The notes: generated by a model from the letters alone, not told the origin. A stretch of DNA of 20,000 nt from Craspedostauros australis (GCA_030167865.1 JALAGF010001625.1:58644-78643), one strand, 5' to 3'. Counted from the first letter of the stretch, positions 1-9,541 are shown. Program-made: numbers and translations.

Positions 1-2
1 TC

Positions 3-1082
3 TTGGATGCTTTCGATGGAAGCGACATGTCCGACGACGCAAGGCGATTGGTGATCCTTCGATCCTCGCAGGTCCTCGTCATGTACTTTGCCGTCGCGCA
101 GGCAATCCTTGAGGCTGTCGATGAATGCGAAACCGTGAAGGCAGCAGTGTCCGCGAATGCCGTCGGTACTCCAGGAGTCAACGCAGCCTGGGATCGTGCT
201 GCCGCGTTGATGATCGGCAGCCTTGAGGGCAGCGAGAACAATGGCTCCGGCAACGGATTCATGTTCTACAACATCGCTCAAGAGCACTGCGTCGAGTTCG
301 GCACGTGCAAGTCTCCGGACGACAACTCCAGAGTGAACGAAGAAATGGTCACCCTCCTGTTCGCAGGACGCGGCGCTGTTATCTCCAACAGCTGCGACGC
401 GCTGCGCAAGACGGCTGGCGAGCTGAAGGCTCTGACCCTGATCCCAATGATCCAGGCCACCCTCAGCTCCGCCCTTCGTCTCGGCCGAGACTTTTCCGCG
501 GCCAACCGGGCCGAGGGCGATATCCTCGCGAAGTCATTGGTTCCGCTGGTGCAGAACTCCAATCGCGATTCCGCCAAGGTTCTGTCCGACACCATGCTGA
601 ATCCAAGCTACGATTCCAGGAAGAAGGCTCGGATCGCCCCAGATGTCTTCAGCGCCTTGGCCAACGTCTACGGCGACCTGGACGTCGACTGCAACCTCAT
701 CGGAGACGCCGGAGGGTACGACGCCTGCAGCGGCGCTGGTGTCAGCTCGGACGGCAAGAACCCCGGTGTGATCGCTGGAATCGTTCTCGGCGTAGCAGCC
801 GCGGTGCTGATCATCGTCGCTTGCGCATGCCGCTTCTGCAAACGCAAGAAGACTGAGCAGAAGAGACTGCCCGAGAACAACCCAACCTTCGTCACTGCCA
901 ACGGCGAACTGAATCACTCGATGGACCTGCTGACGAAGGCCTTCTCATCGAACTCGCATTCGCGCAACCCAGTCGACACCGAGGAGATGAAGGGATTGAA
1001 CGATGCGTCACCGACAGTCGATGATGACTTCGAAGAGTCGCCGGCACTTCTGTCGAAGGGCCGTGGCACGGACATCATCTAG
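3..1082 (+). CDS. 5'-truncated FEA1/ISIP2a (low-iron-inducible, phytotransferrin)-like type I membrane protein, C-terminal part
   Basis: The frame is open from the window edge to TAG at 1080-1082. The motif order AAWDRAAALMIGSLEG...FMFYNIAQEHCVEFGTC...VNEEM...C...IPMIQATL...AEG...LVPLV...VDCNLIG resembles algal FEA1-type domains as I recall them. A transmembrane helix GVIAGIVLGVAAAVLIIVACAC (765-830) is followed by basic RFCKRKK and a cytosolic tail. Confidence 0.75.
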   Translation: MDAFDGSDMSDDARRLVILRSSQVLVMYFAVAQAILEAVDECETVKAAVSANAVGTPGVNAAWDRAAALMIGSLEGSENNGSGNGFMFYNIAQEHCVEFGTCKSPDDNSRVNEEMVTLLFAGRGAVISNSCDALRKTAGELKALTLIPMIQATLSSALRLGRDFSAANRAEGDILAKSLVPLVQNSNRDSAKVLSDTMLNPSYDSRKKARIAPDVFSALANVYGDLDVDCNLIGDAGGYDACSGAGVSSDGKNPGVIAGIVLGVAAAVLIIVACACRFCKRKKTEQKRLPENNPTFVTANGELNHSMDLLTKAFSSNSHSRNPVDTEEMKGLNDASPTVDDDFEESPALLSKGRGTDII

Positions 1083-1251
1083 AGTCGAGCAGAGTGCTTG
1101 GGGGTAGGGTGGCGAGGTGACTGGAGCCACCTATTATATGTGGCAGTCTGCTCTGCCATACTGTGCTCTGTTCTAATCGAGTGGTGTGTCTGTGGTTGGA
1201 CTCAAGGGGAAGCTGAACCTACTCGAACGCTAGCACGTGACGATCTGGAGT

Positions 1252-1286
1252 ATGCCATGCCATGCCATGCCATACCATGCCATGCG
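1252..1286. repeat. (ATGCC)n microsatellite, about 7 units with 2 variants
   Basis: ATGCC ATGCC ATGCC ATGCC ATACC ATGCC ATGCG, in the convergent spacer after gene 1. Confidence 0.9.
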
Positions 1287-1664
1287 ATGGCGTGACTTGT
1301 GGAGTAGGTTCGACCATCCTCCTCCCCCCCCCCCATTCTTGCAAAGGGAGCAAGAAAAGGGCGCCGGAGATGGTTACTCGAGTCAGCGACGTCGCCAACA
1401 CCAACACCGATCGCAGCAGCATTGTGGCGAGCCTTTTCGTCTCCACAACGCGGCTGTTTGGAGGTGTCTCAGCCAGCGATGGTTGATAGTAGCAAGGATA
1501 CCACTGATGAAAACAGCACCCTTGCAACGTATCCGCATTGTATTATTCCTATTGTTTTAACGCTCATGCGACTGTATTACATAATAGATTACACAGGAGT
1601 CCTCAACAACGATGACGCAGCGCGCATGCATTCGTTGGTACAGAGCGCCGATCTAGAGCCCTCC

Positions 1665-4600
1665 TCATTCCGCTTTTGCCGACGGTTCTTCGCATGATCC
1701 ATCGCGGATTGATAGCTGCGTCGGCTCCTGCGGCTGCTTCGAGCATGACGGTCCGAAATCGCCAACCATCTTTCCTGGACCGTGCTCAATTGTGCTTGGA
1801 CATGCAGTTTGGGTTGTTGGTACGCTCCGAGTCAATGTAAAGCATCTTTGATGCATGATGCCTTCGATGTAGCATTTTCCCAGCGTGATCGTTGAGAATA
1901 TGCCGTAATGGCCAGAGATGCTCGATTCGTCCACCACGGCCCCATCACCAAAGGTTACTAGCGCAGCTTCGTAGATCCGGAAGCCAAAGTACAGCAATCT
2001 TCCCTGTACATCTGCACCCTGCATTCGGAGCACTGTATTCATCATTGGTGTGCCCCACAAAAGCGACACGAAGGACCAGACTTGGACCGAGTAGCACAAG
2101 GCTTGGTAGACCATGTACAATGGGACGCACCATGGTTCGGTGCGGCTGCCACTTCCCGCAAGCGTGACTAGCTCAACTGCTCGCAACAGGATGAGCCAAA
2201 CGATGGTCTGGATGATGACGCACGCTACAACAACCGGCACCGCACCCAACGGCGTCTGTGGCTTGATGACATTCATCCACAGCTCGAATGCTGGAATGAA
2301 GCTGGCAGCGACCATGACCAGCATGATGACGTGCAGGATCGTGTTCAGGAGGATGATCCGTCCCAACTCCCAACCTGCGACAAGTTCATATCTTGGGTGG
2401 TGTCGATCGTGGACCAGGTTGGTGGCGAAGTACGTGGCTGGAGACACCAAGGACCTACTGACTGTCACGCCTGGGCCGCAGACCACGTTCAACCCGATGC
2501 TGCTGTCTTCAACCTTGATGGCTTTGTATTGACCATCCTGTTTGATGTCGAAGGTAGATTTGGACACGAAGGATCGTTTGACTGAGATGAGGTCCAACTG
2601 GGATGGAAGGAAGGCATGTGCTGCGACATGCGATCGGAGATCAATGTCCATCCCGAATGCCAAGAGGATGACATTCCAAATCGAGGAGTGAAACGTCAAT
2701 CCATATAGCACGGCGCCTCCGATGCTGTAGTGGAAGTCACATGCCCAACTGGCAAGTTCCGATGGTACACTCTGACATGCAGGGCCTGGCCGTTGTTTGC
2801 CGATTATCACCCACTTGAGCATGATGCTGGAAACGATGAAGAATGTGGAAGTTAGGCCAATGGAAGTAATCCAATAGAGCAGCCTCGCGTACCTCCAGTC
2901 TGGCAACTCATCCCGGACCAGGATGTCGACCACCAGAAAGCAGGTGAAAGCGAAGTAAAGTTCCGCCAGCAACCACAGCATTTTCATTGCACCCAATATG
3001 ATCCATCTGCGATTACCCGCGGTGGAATGTGTGGTGGGGAGAGTTTCGCTTGTCGTCATCTCCAGACTGTCATTGTTACTGTCAGCTTCTGCGTCTGTGG
3101 CTCCATGTGTGCGTGTGGAATGGATGAAACCCGGATTGCCGCGGATGGTAGTGTTGGGCGGTGCTTGTGCTCCTTCCACCAGCACAGACGTGNGAGAGAC
3201 TTGGCAGTTGGACCCAACCTTGACTCCAGGACAAAGAATGCCCTTGATGTCTGCACTTGCTCCAACTTGGATCGTGCGGAATCTCAAGGTGGGGCCTTGG
3301 CAGCCGTCTTTGCACGGACCGAACATGCGACACCGGATACCCTCGCTCACCGTAGCATCAGGACCGATATCCACGAGATCGAACTCACGGATGAATTCGT
3401 CGATGCTCGATGATGCATGCACATTCGCTCCCATCAAGTAATCGAAGAACACCACCAGTGGGGTGCCCATGATGAAGCGTCCAAGGAAGCTCTCCCAGAT
3501 GTGCACAAGCCGATCCACAAACCACCATCGAAGAAAGTAAATGTCGGTCTGGCTGATGTACCCCTCTCTGTATCTGCCAATGACGATCCACTTTGCGAGA
3601 ATGACTTCGACGGTGAATGTGATGGCCCAGAACGGGACGACCAGTGGATACCACACCCACACATACGGAGAGAGGTCAATGAAGAAGAGCTCGTAGGCGC
3701 GATCGTCGTTGACCAGCACCTTCCCAATCTCGTAGGCGGGCACGATGGGAAGTGCGAACATGAAGAGGATGGCGAGCACACCGACGAACTGAATGGTGGC
3801 GGATGTGAGTGGTGCAAGCGGTTTCTCATCTGGAAAGGTGACAAGTCTCTTGAGTTTTGGAAGGCTGGTTGGCAGCGCCTGCCCAGTAGATGCCTCCAGG
3901 AATACTTCCAAGTCTACGACTGTCGGGAACAGCTCGAAGCAATCGGAAGGGAGGGATGTGTTGTATCGTTGAGCAAGGGACTGTCGCAGCTCAAGCTCCA
4001 TCATGGATGATAGCCCAACGTCCTTCCACGTGTCTTTGGCCTTGACGTCTGATCCAATGCAGCTCTTCACAAGTTCGTAAAAGTCCATGTCTCTGATGTC
4101 GACATCTTCGATGACGGATTTCCTCAACGAGAGGCGCTTGGGTTGGCTTGCAATGTCGCCATCCTGTGTACTGAAGAAGTGTGACTTTCCAATCACGTCC
4201 AGCACCATCTTCTGGTCTCCATCATGCAAGCGCTGTCGGTTACAACGTCTCTGGATCTTGCTGCTTGTTGTTTTGGAGATGGTGCGTTCTTCCACAGCTG
4301 CGATTGTTGCTGGCGTCAATCCAATGTGCTCGATCACGGCCTTTCTGATCTCCTGACAGACTGTTGCTGCATCGTCAGCACGATTGGCCCGGATCTCAAA
4401 GACGATCTCGAGCTGTCCGTCGTTGCCCGTTTCATCGGACGAAAATGCCGCGACACATCCTGGACGGACGGCAGATGAGGCCTCTTCAACGGCGTGCTCG
4501 ATATCTTGCGGATAGTAGTTGACACCGTTGACGATGATGATGTCCTTCTTGCGGCCGCAGATGTAGAGATAGTCATCTTGGTAGAATCCGTAGTCTCCTG

Positions 4601-6155
4601 TCCGCAAGTACATCTTGCCAACGGCATCGGATGATGAATCGCCTTGGAGTGTAGCTTGGAAGGTTTCGGCAGTGAGCTGTGGCTGATTGTAGTACCCAGC
4701 GGTCACAGAGGCCCCGGCGATCCAGATCTCTCCCGTGACGTTGTCTGGACGTTTTACACGAGTATCCGGGTCCACGATGATGATATCGATGGAGCTGTGC
4801 AGATTGCTGCGCTGTGCGATGGCGATGAATGGTTGGAGATCTTCACCTTCGCGGATGGTGGAAAGATGGGAGCCGTGATTGTAGCTGACACCAACGACGT
4901 TCTCTGCCAGTCCGTATGCTGCGAGGAACCAGTCCTTGCGTAGACCATGTGGACCAAATGCGTCAGAGAAGTGCTTTTCCGTGTCCAGCCGGATTGGCTC
5001 TGCGGCATTCTGGAAATGAAGCACGCTGGAGAGGTCCAGCTTGTGAGTAAGATTTGCCTTGGCCTCATTGAACTTGCGGGTGACCAACCGATACCCAAAG
5101 TCGGGAGCGGCACTGATGTGGCACTTGTGCTGGGACATGAGATCAATCCAGAGCAACGGGTTGCGGATGAACGAGACTAGTGATATCATGTGGGAATGGA
5201 AGGCGCCTGCCAATGGCGCAATGCCCATCTCGATGAGGCCCATGTCATGGTACTGCGGCAACCAAGAGCATGTGGCGATGCGTTTTGGGATGGCGCTTGT
5301 ATCACCCAACTGGTCTTGGAATGAAGCGAACCAGTAGCTCTGTACGAGCTCGATGTTGGCCCGCAGTGCTTCGTGGGTCACCATGACGCCCTTTGGGTTA
5401 CCGGTACTTCCAGATGTGTACTGGAGGAACGCCAGATCCGATCCTGCAATGTTTGGTTCATCGAAGGAAGGTGGCGGCGACGAGGAGCTGCCAGAGATGA
5501 GACTGGAAAGGAAGCCTTTCTTGGCTTGCTTGGAGTTGTTGTCGCTCTTGTTTTTGTTGGCGATGAATGGGTCGTGACGAATGATGCGATCGGTGACCTG
5601 GTACTTCACCCCGCTGGGCCACATGGCGCGACTTTTGGATGTTGGGTTGGCGCGATCGGCGGCACGGAGCAGATTGATGGATGTTTGGGTGAGGATGAGT
5701 GCTGGTGCACAATCCCCGATGACCTTGTTCATCTTGGTGAGCGACTTGACGAGCGGCGGCCCCGGAGGGTAGACCAACACGGCGGTCACGCCCGCACGCA
5801 GACATCCCAGAAAGATGGCGAAGAAGTGCAGACCGAAGTCGTAGCAGAGGACCACGCGGTCCCCTTTGTTGGTGCCCCATTCGTTGCGGAGGAGGTGGGC
5901 GCAGTGCCCCGCTTCATCCCAGAGCTGCTGGAAGGTGTAGTTGTTGGTTGCCTTGCCTTTTTCGTTGTACCAGGTGGAGAAGACGGTGTCGGACTTGAGT
6001 TCGACGACGAACTTGATATGGTCGATGAAGGACTTGTTTTGGATGGATTTGTGGATGATTTCATGCTCAGTGGTGATGACGTTGGCGATGCCGGCTTCGA
6101 TATCATCAACAACGATGGCGGGGTTGATATTGGAGGGTGGCGATGGGATTCTCAT
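1665..6155 (-). CDS. NRPS-like synthetase: fatty acyl-AMP ligase (FAAL) + acyl carrier domain + Pls/PosA-type membrane terminal domain with beta-helix-like repeats (~1496 aa)
   Basis: FAAL motifs: GDRVVLCY, AFLQYTSGSTGNPKGVMVTH, SWLPQYHDMGLI, AAEPIR, YGLAE, GEIWI, LRTGDYG, GRKKDIII, NYYPQDIE, KTTSSKIQR. Carrier motif WKDVGLSSM (Ser codon 4005-4007). Then TM pairs and three related units (AKWIVIGRY...WWFVDRL...GTP...MGANV; LKWVIIGKQRPGP...FGMDI; GTPMMN...QGADV). The ORF-track start at 6401 is TTG; in-frame ATGs lie at 6344 and 6155, and I chose 6155 (uncertain). One N at 3193 keeps the frame. Confidence 0.88.
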   Translation of the reverse strand: MRIPSPPSNINPAIVVDDIEAGIANVITTEHEIIHKSIQNKSFIDHIKFVVELKSDTVFSTWYNEKGKATNNYTFQQLWDEAGHCAHLLRNEWGTNKGDRVVLCYDFGLHFFAIFLGCLRAGVTAVLVYPPGPPLVKSLTKMNKVIGDCAPALILTQTSINLLRAADRANPTSKSRAMWPSGVKYQVTDRIIRHDPFIANKNKSDNNSKQAKKGFLSSLISGSSSSPPPSFDEPNIAGSDLAFLQYTSGSTGNPKGVMVTHEALRANIELVQSYWFASFQDQLGDTSAIPKRIATCSWLPQYHDMGLIEMGIAPLAGAFHSHMISLVSFIRNPLLWIDLMSQHKCHISAAPDFGYRLVTRKFNEAKANLTHKLDLSSVLHFQNAAEPIRLDTEKHFSDAFGPHGLRKDWFLAAYGLAENVVGVSYNHGSHLSTIREGEDLQPFIAIAQRSNLHSSIDIIIVDPDTRVKRPDNVTGEIWIAGASVTAGYYNQPQLTAETFQATLQGDSSSDAVGKMYLRTGDYGFYQDDYLYICGRKKDIIIVNGVNYYPQDIEHAVEEASSAVRPGCVAAFSSDETGNDGQLEIVFEIRANRADDAATVCQEIRKAVIEHIGLTPATIAAVEERTISKTTSSKIQRRCNRQRLHDGDQKMVLDVIGKSHFFSTQDGDIASQPKRLSLRKSVIEDVDIRDMDFYELVKSCIGSDVKAKDTWKDVGLSSMMELELRQSLAQRYNTSLPSDCFELFPTVVDLEVFLEASTGQALPTSLPKLKRLVTFPDEKPLAPLTSATIQFVGVLAILFMFALPIVPAYEIGKVLVNDDRAYELFFIDLSPYVWVWYPLVVPFWAITFTVEVILAKWIVIGRYREGYISQTDIYFLRWWFVDRLVHIWESFLGRFIMGTPLVVFFDYLMGANVHASSSIDEFIREFDLVDIGPDATVSEGIRCRMFGPCKDGCQGPTLRFRTIQVGASADIKGILCPGVKVGSNCQVSXTSVLVEGAQAPPNTTIRGNPGFIHSTRTHGATDAEADSNNDSLEMTTSETLPTTHSTAGNRRWIILGAMKMLWLLAELYFAFTCFLVVDILVRDELPDWRYARLLYWITSIGLTSTFFIVSSIMLKWVIIGKQRPGPACQSVPSELASWACDFHYSIGGAVLYGLTFHSSIWNVILLAFGMDIDLRSHVAAHAFLPSQLDLISVKRSFVSKSTFDIKQDGQYKAIKVEDSSIGLNVVCGPGVTVSRSLVSPATYFATNLVHDRHHPRYELVAGWELGRIILLNTILHVIMLVMVAASFIPAFELWMNVIKPQTPLGAVPVVVACVIIQTIVWLILLRAVELVTLAGSGSRTEPWCVPLYMVYQALCYSVQVWSFVSLLWGTPMMNTVLRMQGADVQGRLLYFGFRIYEAALVTFGDGAVVDESSISGHYGIFSTITLGKCYIEGIMHQRCFTLTRSVPTTQTACPSTIEHGPGKMVGDFGPSCSKQPQEPTQLSIRDGSCEEPSAKAE

Positions 6156-6417
6156 GTTGGAATGCGCTGTTGACACGGACAGGTAGCTGCAGATGTGGTA
6201 TGGGTATTGCGGTTGCTTTGATCTTGTTGAATTGCTTGATTTGTGAATCTGTTTGCCCTCGGACTGAAATTGTGAGGGGTTGGGAAGGTGAAAGCTTGTG
6301 TGGCAAGCATCGTTGTGCAGAGCAATCTGTTGCTGGCAACACATCTCGCTGAGCCGCTCGCCCTGCCTTCGGCAATTGGGCGCAAAATGCTCTCGCTTCA
6401 AGCTTCTGTGACCTGGT

Positions 6418-6540
6418 GAATTCCTTCACAGATTGTTCCATTGGTCGATCGAGGGAGGAATTCCTTCACAGTTTGTTCCATTGCCAGATCGAGGGAGGAA
6501 TTCCTTCACAGATTGTTCCATTGGCAGATCGAGGGAGGAA
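6418..6540. repeat. Tandem repeat, 3 x 40 bp, in the divergent intergenic region
   Basis: Unit GAATTCCTTCACAG(A/T)TTGTTCCATTG(G/C)(T/C)(C/A)GATCGAGGGAG starts at 6418, 6458 and 6498, followed by a partial GAA. There are no spacers. Confidence 0.95.
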
Positions 6541-7287
6541 GTTGCAGTTATGCTGAACGGCTACGAGTATTCTGATGTCAGTTTCACCGGCCATTTTTGC
6601 AGGGAGGATACGGTTAAAACCGCATCCTCCCACAAAACAACGAGTCACGGGGAGAGATATTTATTAGAGGCTTTTTGCATTCAGGGACACCCAATAATTT
6701 GTCCACAATTCCGAAAATTATGTGTTTCTGAATCTTGCGAGACTAATACAAGAGAAATCAGATGAGAAACAATGTGCTCGTGACTGGTGCAGTCTTGGAT
6801 ACGGATCGTGGAACTCTTTCAGGAGGAAGACGTGCGAATTGTTCGTGGAACGAGTTGCTCGTCCCAACCCGCCACAGAAACGGAAAGAGCAACGAACAGA
6901 AGAGAGGACATCCACGCTGATGGCACTTTTGGGCGCTTGTGTGGTGTGGATACAACTACTCATAGTCGAGCGCGCACGAGTGTCATAGTAGTACGATCTA
7001 GAATATCGTGCAAAGCGAGAGAGTTGCAAGAGAGAGAGAGAGCAAACGAAGATCGCATTGCCTCGGCAAGGGGAATGTGAGCAACGGCGGCGGAGATCCT
7101 TTTCTACGAATACGCGTACGCAAGCATTGCTTCAACGTGGCACAGCAACCTTGTTACATATTCTACAATACATACACACCGTATTAGTGCTTGTCCCACA
7201 GCAACCACAACCACAACCACAACCAGAATCAATCTGCAAGTGCAAGTGGGAGTGCAAGCGTCAGAACTGGAAACGAAAGCAGGCGCG

Positions 7288-8979
7288 ATGTCTTTGGCTG
7301 AACCCTTGCTGGACTTGCCCTCCGCCTCATCACTACAGCCAGCAAATGACTCTGCGAATGGTGCTCGCAGTGGTGCTGGCGAGACGGGCAATCCCCACTT
7401 ATACGGCACCGTTCACGACGGAGGGCAGAATGGAAGAGATCCATCATCATCTCCTTCGTTTCCGAGCGATGAACATACTTCTTCGCTTCTATGGCTGAAG
7501 CTGAGACGGGTTGCCAGCCAGCTGCTTTCTGAGATGGCAACCCCGCTGACAGATGACTCTGGGTCGCCTCGGTCTGTTCTGGTGGGATTGGCGACCATCC
7601 TTTCGGTTGGAACGATCCTTGGGCTCATCATTGATGCGATCGCTTCCGGCGGTTCTGAAAACGACGGAAGTGCAGATGGCGATGATGATGATGATGATGA
7701 TGGAACCACTTGCAAGTCCCTAGCAACTTTCAGCGCCATTCTGGGCTACTGCTACTTCTCGTGCTGGGGGATCTCCTTCTACCCACAGGCCCTGTCCAAC
7801 TTCCGTCGCAAATCCACGGATGGATTGAACCTGGACTTCTGCGTGTTGAACGTCCTTGGCTTCGCGTGCTACACGGCCTATACTCTGGCCTTCTACTGCA
7901 ACTCCACCATCCAACTTTTGTACCGCGAACGGTACGATGCAGACATCTCCGTCCAATCCAACGACGTCGCTTTTGCTGCCCATGCTCTCCTTCTGTCCTC
8001 CATCACGCTGGGCCAAATCGTTTACTACAACTACAGCTGCGGCAAAGCCAACACCAACACCAACAACGGCGGCAACAATGCTGGCAACGTCAGCCACAAC
8101 ACAGACAGCAATACTACCGACAACAACAACGACGATAACGACGACAGATCCAACGAGGTCTTGATCAGAGCCCCATTCTCAGGCCCGCTGTCATTGAGCC
8201 CACCCATCTTCATGTTGCTGACCCTTTTCCTCAGCATCATCATTTCATGCGCGTTGGGCCTTGTTTGGTCGCAGCATGCCACAAGCAAAGGCAACGACGA
8301 GAGTCAATACTTCGACAATCACGGTTACCCATCTGCACATCCGTACGAAGCAACGTCACTACAGCATTTTCTGTCGGCGGATGGACGGCATGATCCGTCT
8401 TGGTTTAGATCTCTTGGCGAACATTCTCGTGGCACCGATGTGAATGAGCATTCATCCACGATCAACAGGCTCTTTCGTGTCGGCAACTGGCTGGACTACA
8501 TCTACCTCCTGAGCTACATCAAAATTGCCATCTCCCTGATCAAGTACATCCCACAGGTCATCCAAAACAAGCAACGCCAATCCACTGAGGGCTGGAGCAT
8601 TTGGAACATCGTTCTTGACTTCACGGGTGGAACCCTCAGCACCGCTCAGCTCATCCTCGACTGCTACGCAGCGTCGGCTGGCAGTCCTAGCAGCTCGAGC
8701 TCTTTCTGGCACCTCGTCCAAGGCAACCTCGTCAAGCTCATGCTGGGATTGATCTCCATCTTCTTTGATGTCATCTTCCTCGTCCAGCACTACGTCCTGT
8801 ATCCCGAACCACCAACAGTGGAAGGCGATTCAGCTCTGCCGCAAGAATCCCAGGCACAAGAGGATTCCGATGCCAACGTTGATGGTGATGTTGGGGAAGC
8901 AGAAGGAGAGGAAGACGCCGATGCCGACAACGACAATGTTGTAGAGGGAGGAGAATGTCCACAGGCGGTCTTCGTTTGA
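7288..8979 (+). CDS. Cystinosin-like PQ-loop lysosomal/vacuolar transporter (~563 aa)
   Basis: Cystinosin/ERS1 signature segments: GYCYFSCWGISFYPQ (PQ 7783-7788), NFRRKSTDGLNLDF, NDVAFAAHA, YLLSYIKIAISLIKYIPQ (PQ 8551-8556), STEGWSIWNIVLDFTGGTLS, KLMLGLISIFFDVIFLVQHYVLY. The first in-frame ATG is 7288 (7240 is GTG). Confidence 0.92.
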   Translation: MSLAEPLLDLPSASSLQPANDSANGARSGAGETGNPHLYGTVHDGGQNGRDPSSSPSFPSDEHTSSLLWLKLRRVASQLLSEMATPLTDDSGSPRSVLVGLATILSVGTILGLIIDAIASGGSENDGSADGDDDDDDDGTTCKSLATFSAILGYCYFSCWGISFYPQALSNFRRKSTDGLNLDFCVLNVLGFACYTAYTLAFYCNSTIQLLYRERYDADISVQSNDVAFAAHALLLSSITLGQIVYYNYSCGKANTNTNNGGNNAGNVSHNTDSNTTDNNNDDNDDRSNEVLIRAPFSGPLSLSPPIFMLLTLFLSIIISCALGLVWSQHATSKGNDESQYFDNHGYPSAHPYEATSLQHFLSADGRHDPSWFRSLGEHSRGTDVNEHSSTINRLFRVGNWLDYIYLLSYIKIAISLIKYIPQVIQNKQRQSTEGWSIWNIVLDFTGGTLSTAQLILDCYAASAGSPSSSSSFWHLVQGNLVKLMLGLISIFFDVIFLVQHYVLYPEPPTVEGDSALPQESQAQEDSDANVDGDVGEAEGEEDADADNDNVVEGGECPQAVFV

Positions 8980-9484
8980 TGAACTTCGCAATGAATGCTC
9001 CTGGATCATGGACCGCGCAATACTTTCACCCTTGTGAAGCTTGGGAGCACTCATGCGCATGGGATGGTCCACAAACACTTCGAGAACAGGACTCTCTCTT
9101 TCTCCCCAGAGGACTGTTCAAATACATCATTACATCAATACACTCCAACATACAACATGGCACTGCATAGATAATACCGTTCCACTCCTTTCCTTGTTGC
9201 AGACTTGTACCTGTTCAGTGGATATGAGTTGACTAGAGTAGAGTAGACTTGACTTGAGTACTCAAGAGAGAGCACTCTGGAAGAAGCGTCGCACTTGCAC
9301 ACCTCAAGCACCACGAGCCGATTTGTTAGTGCTTTGTTCTGGAGAACAACAACAACTGCTGCTGCTGGCGATGTTGGTGGTATTGATTCTGGTGATGCTA
9401 TCATGCAAGCATGGTACACATACTAGGAGAGTATCATATCGTGCATCAGTGGTCATTCCAGCGTACTATTATACAACGGATACA

Positions 9485-9541
9485 TACTACTACACGGATG
9501 CGTACTACTACACGGATGCGTACTACTACACAGATGCGTAC
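9485..9541. repeat. 18-bp tandem repeat (TACTACTACACGGATGCG) x3
   Basis: Units start at 9485, 9503 and 9521 (one mismatch in the third). A degenerate copy lies at 9464-9484. Confidence 0.9.

Noticed and set aside
1665-6155. Bacterial contamination as the source of the NRPS-like gene
   Set aside because: It is contiguous with clearly eukaryotic genes and microsatellite-rich spacers, with no operon context. Ancient horizontal transfer is still possible.
6156-6401. N-terminal extension of the synthetase given by the ORF track
   Set aside because: It begins at TTG and looks like UTR sequence. The ATG at 6344 remains possible but has no support.
6418-6540. CRISPR-like array
   Set aside because: The 40-bp units are directly adjacent with no unique spacers, there are no cas genes, and the context is eukaryotic.
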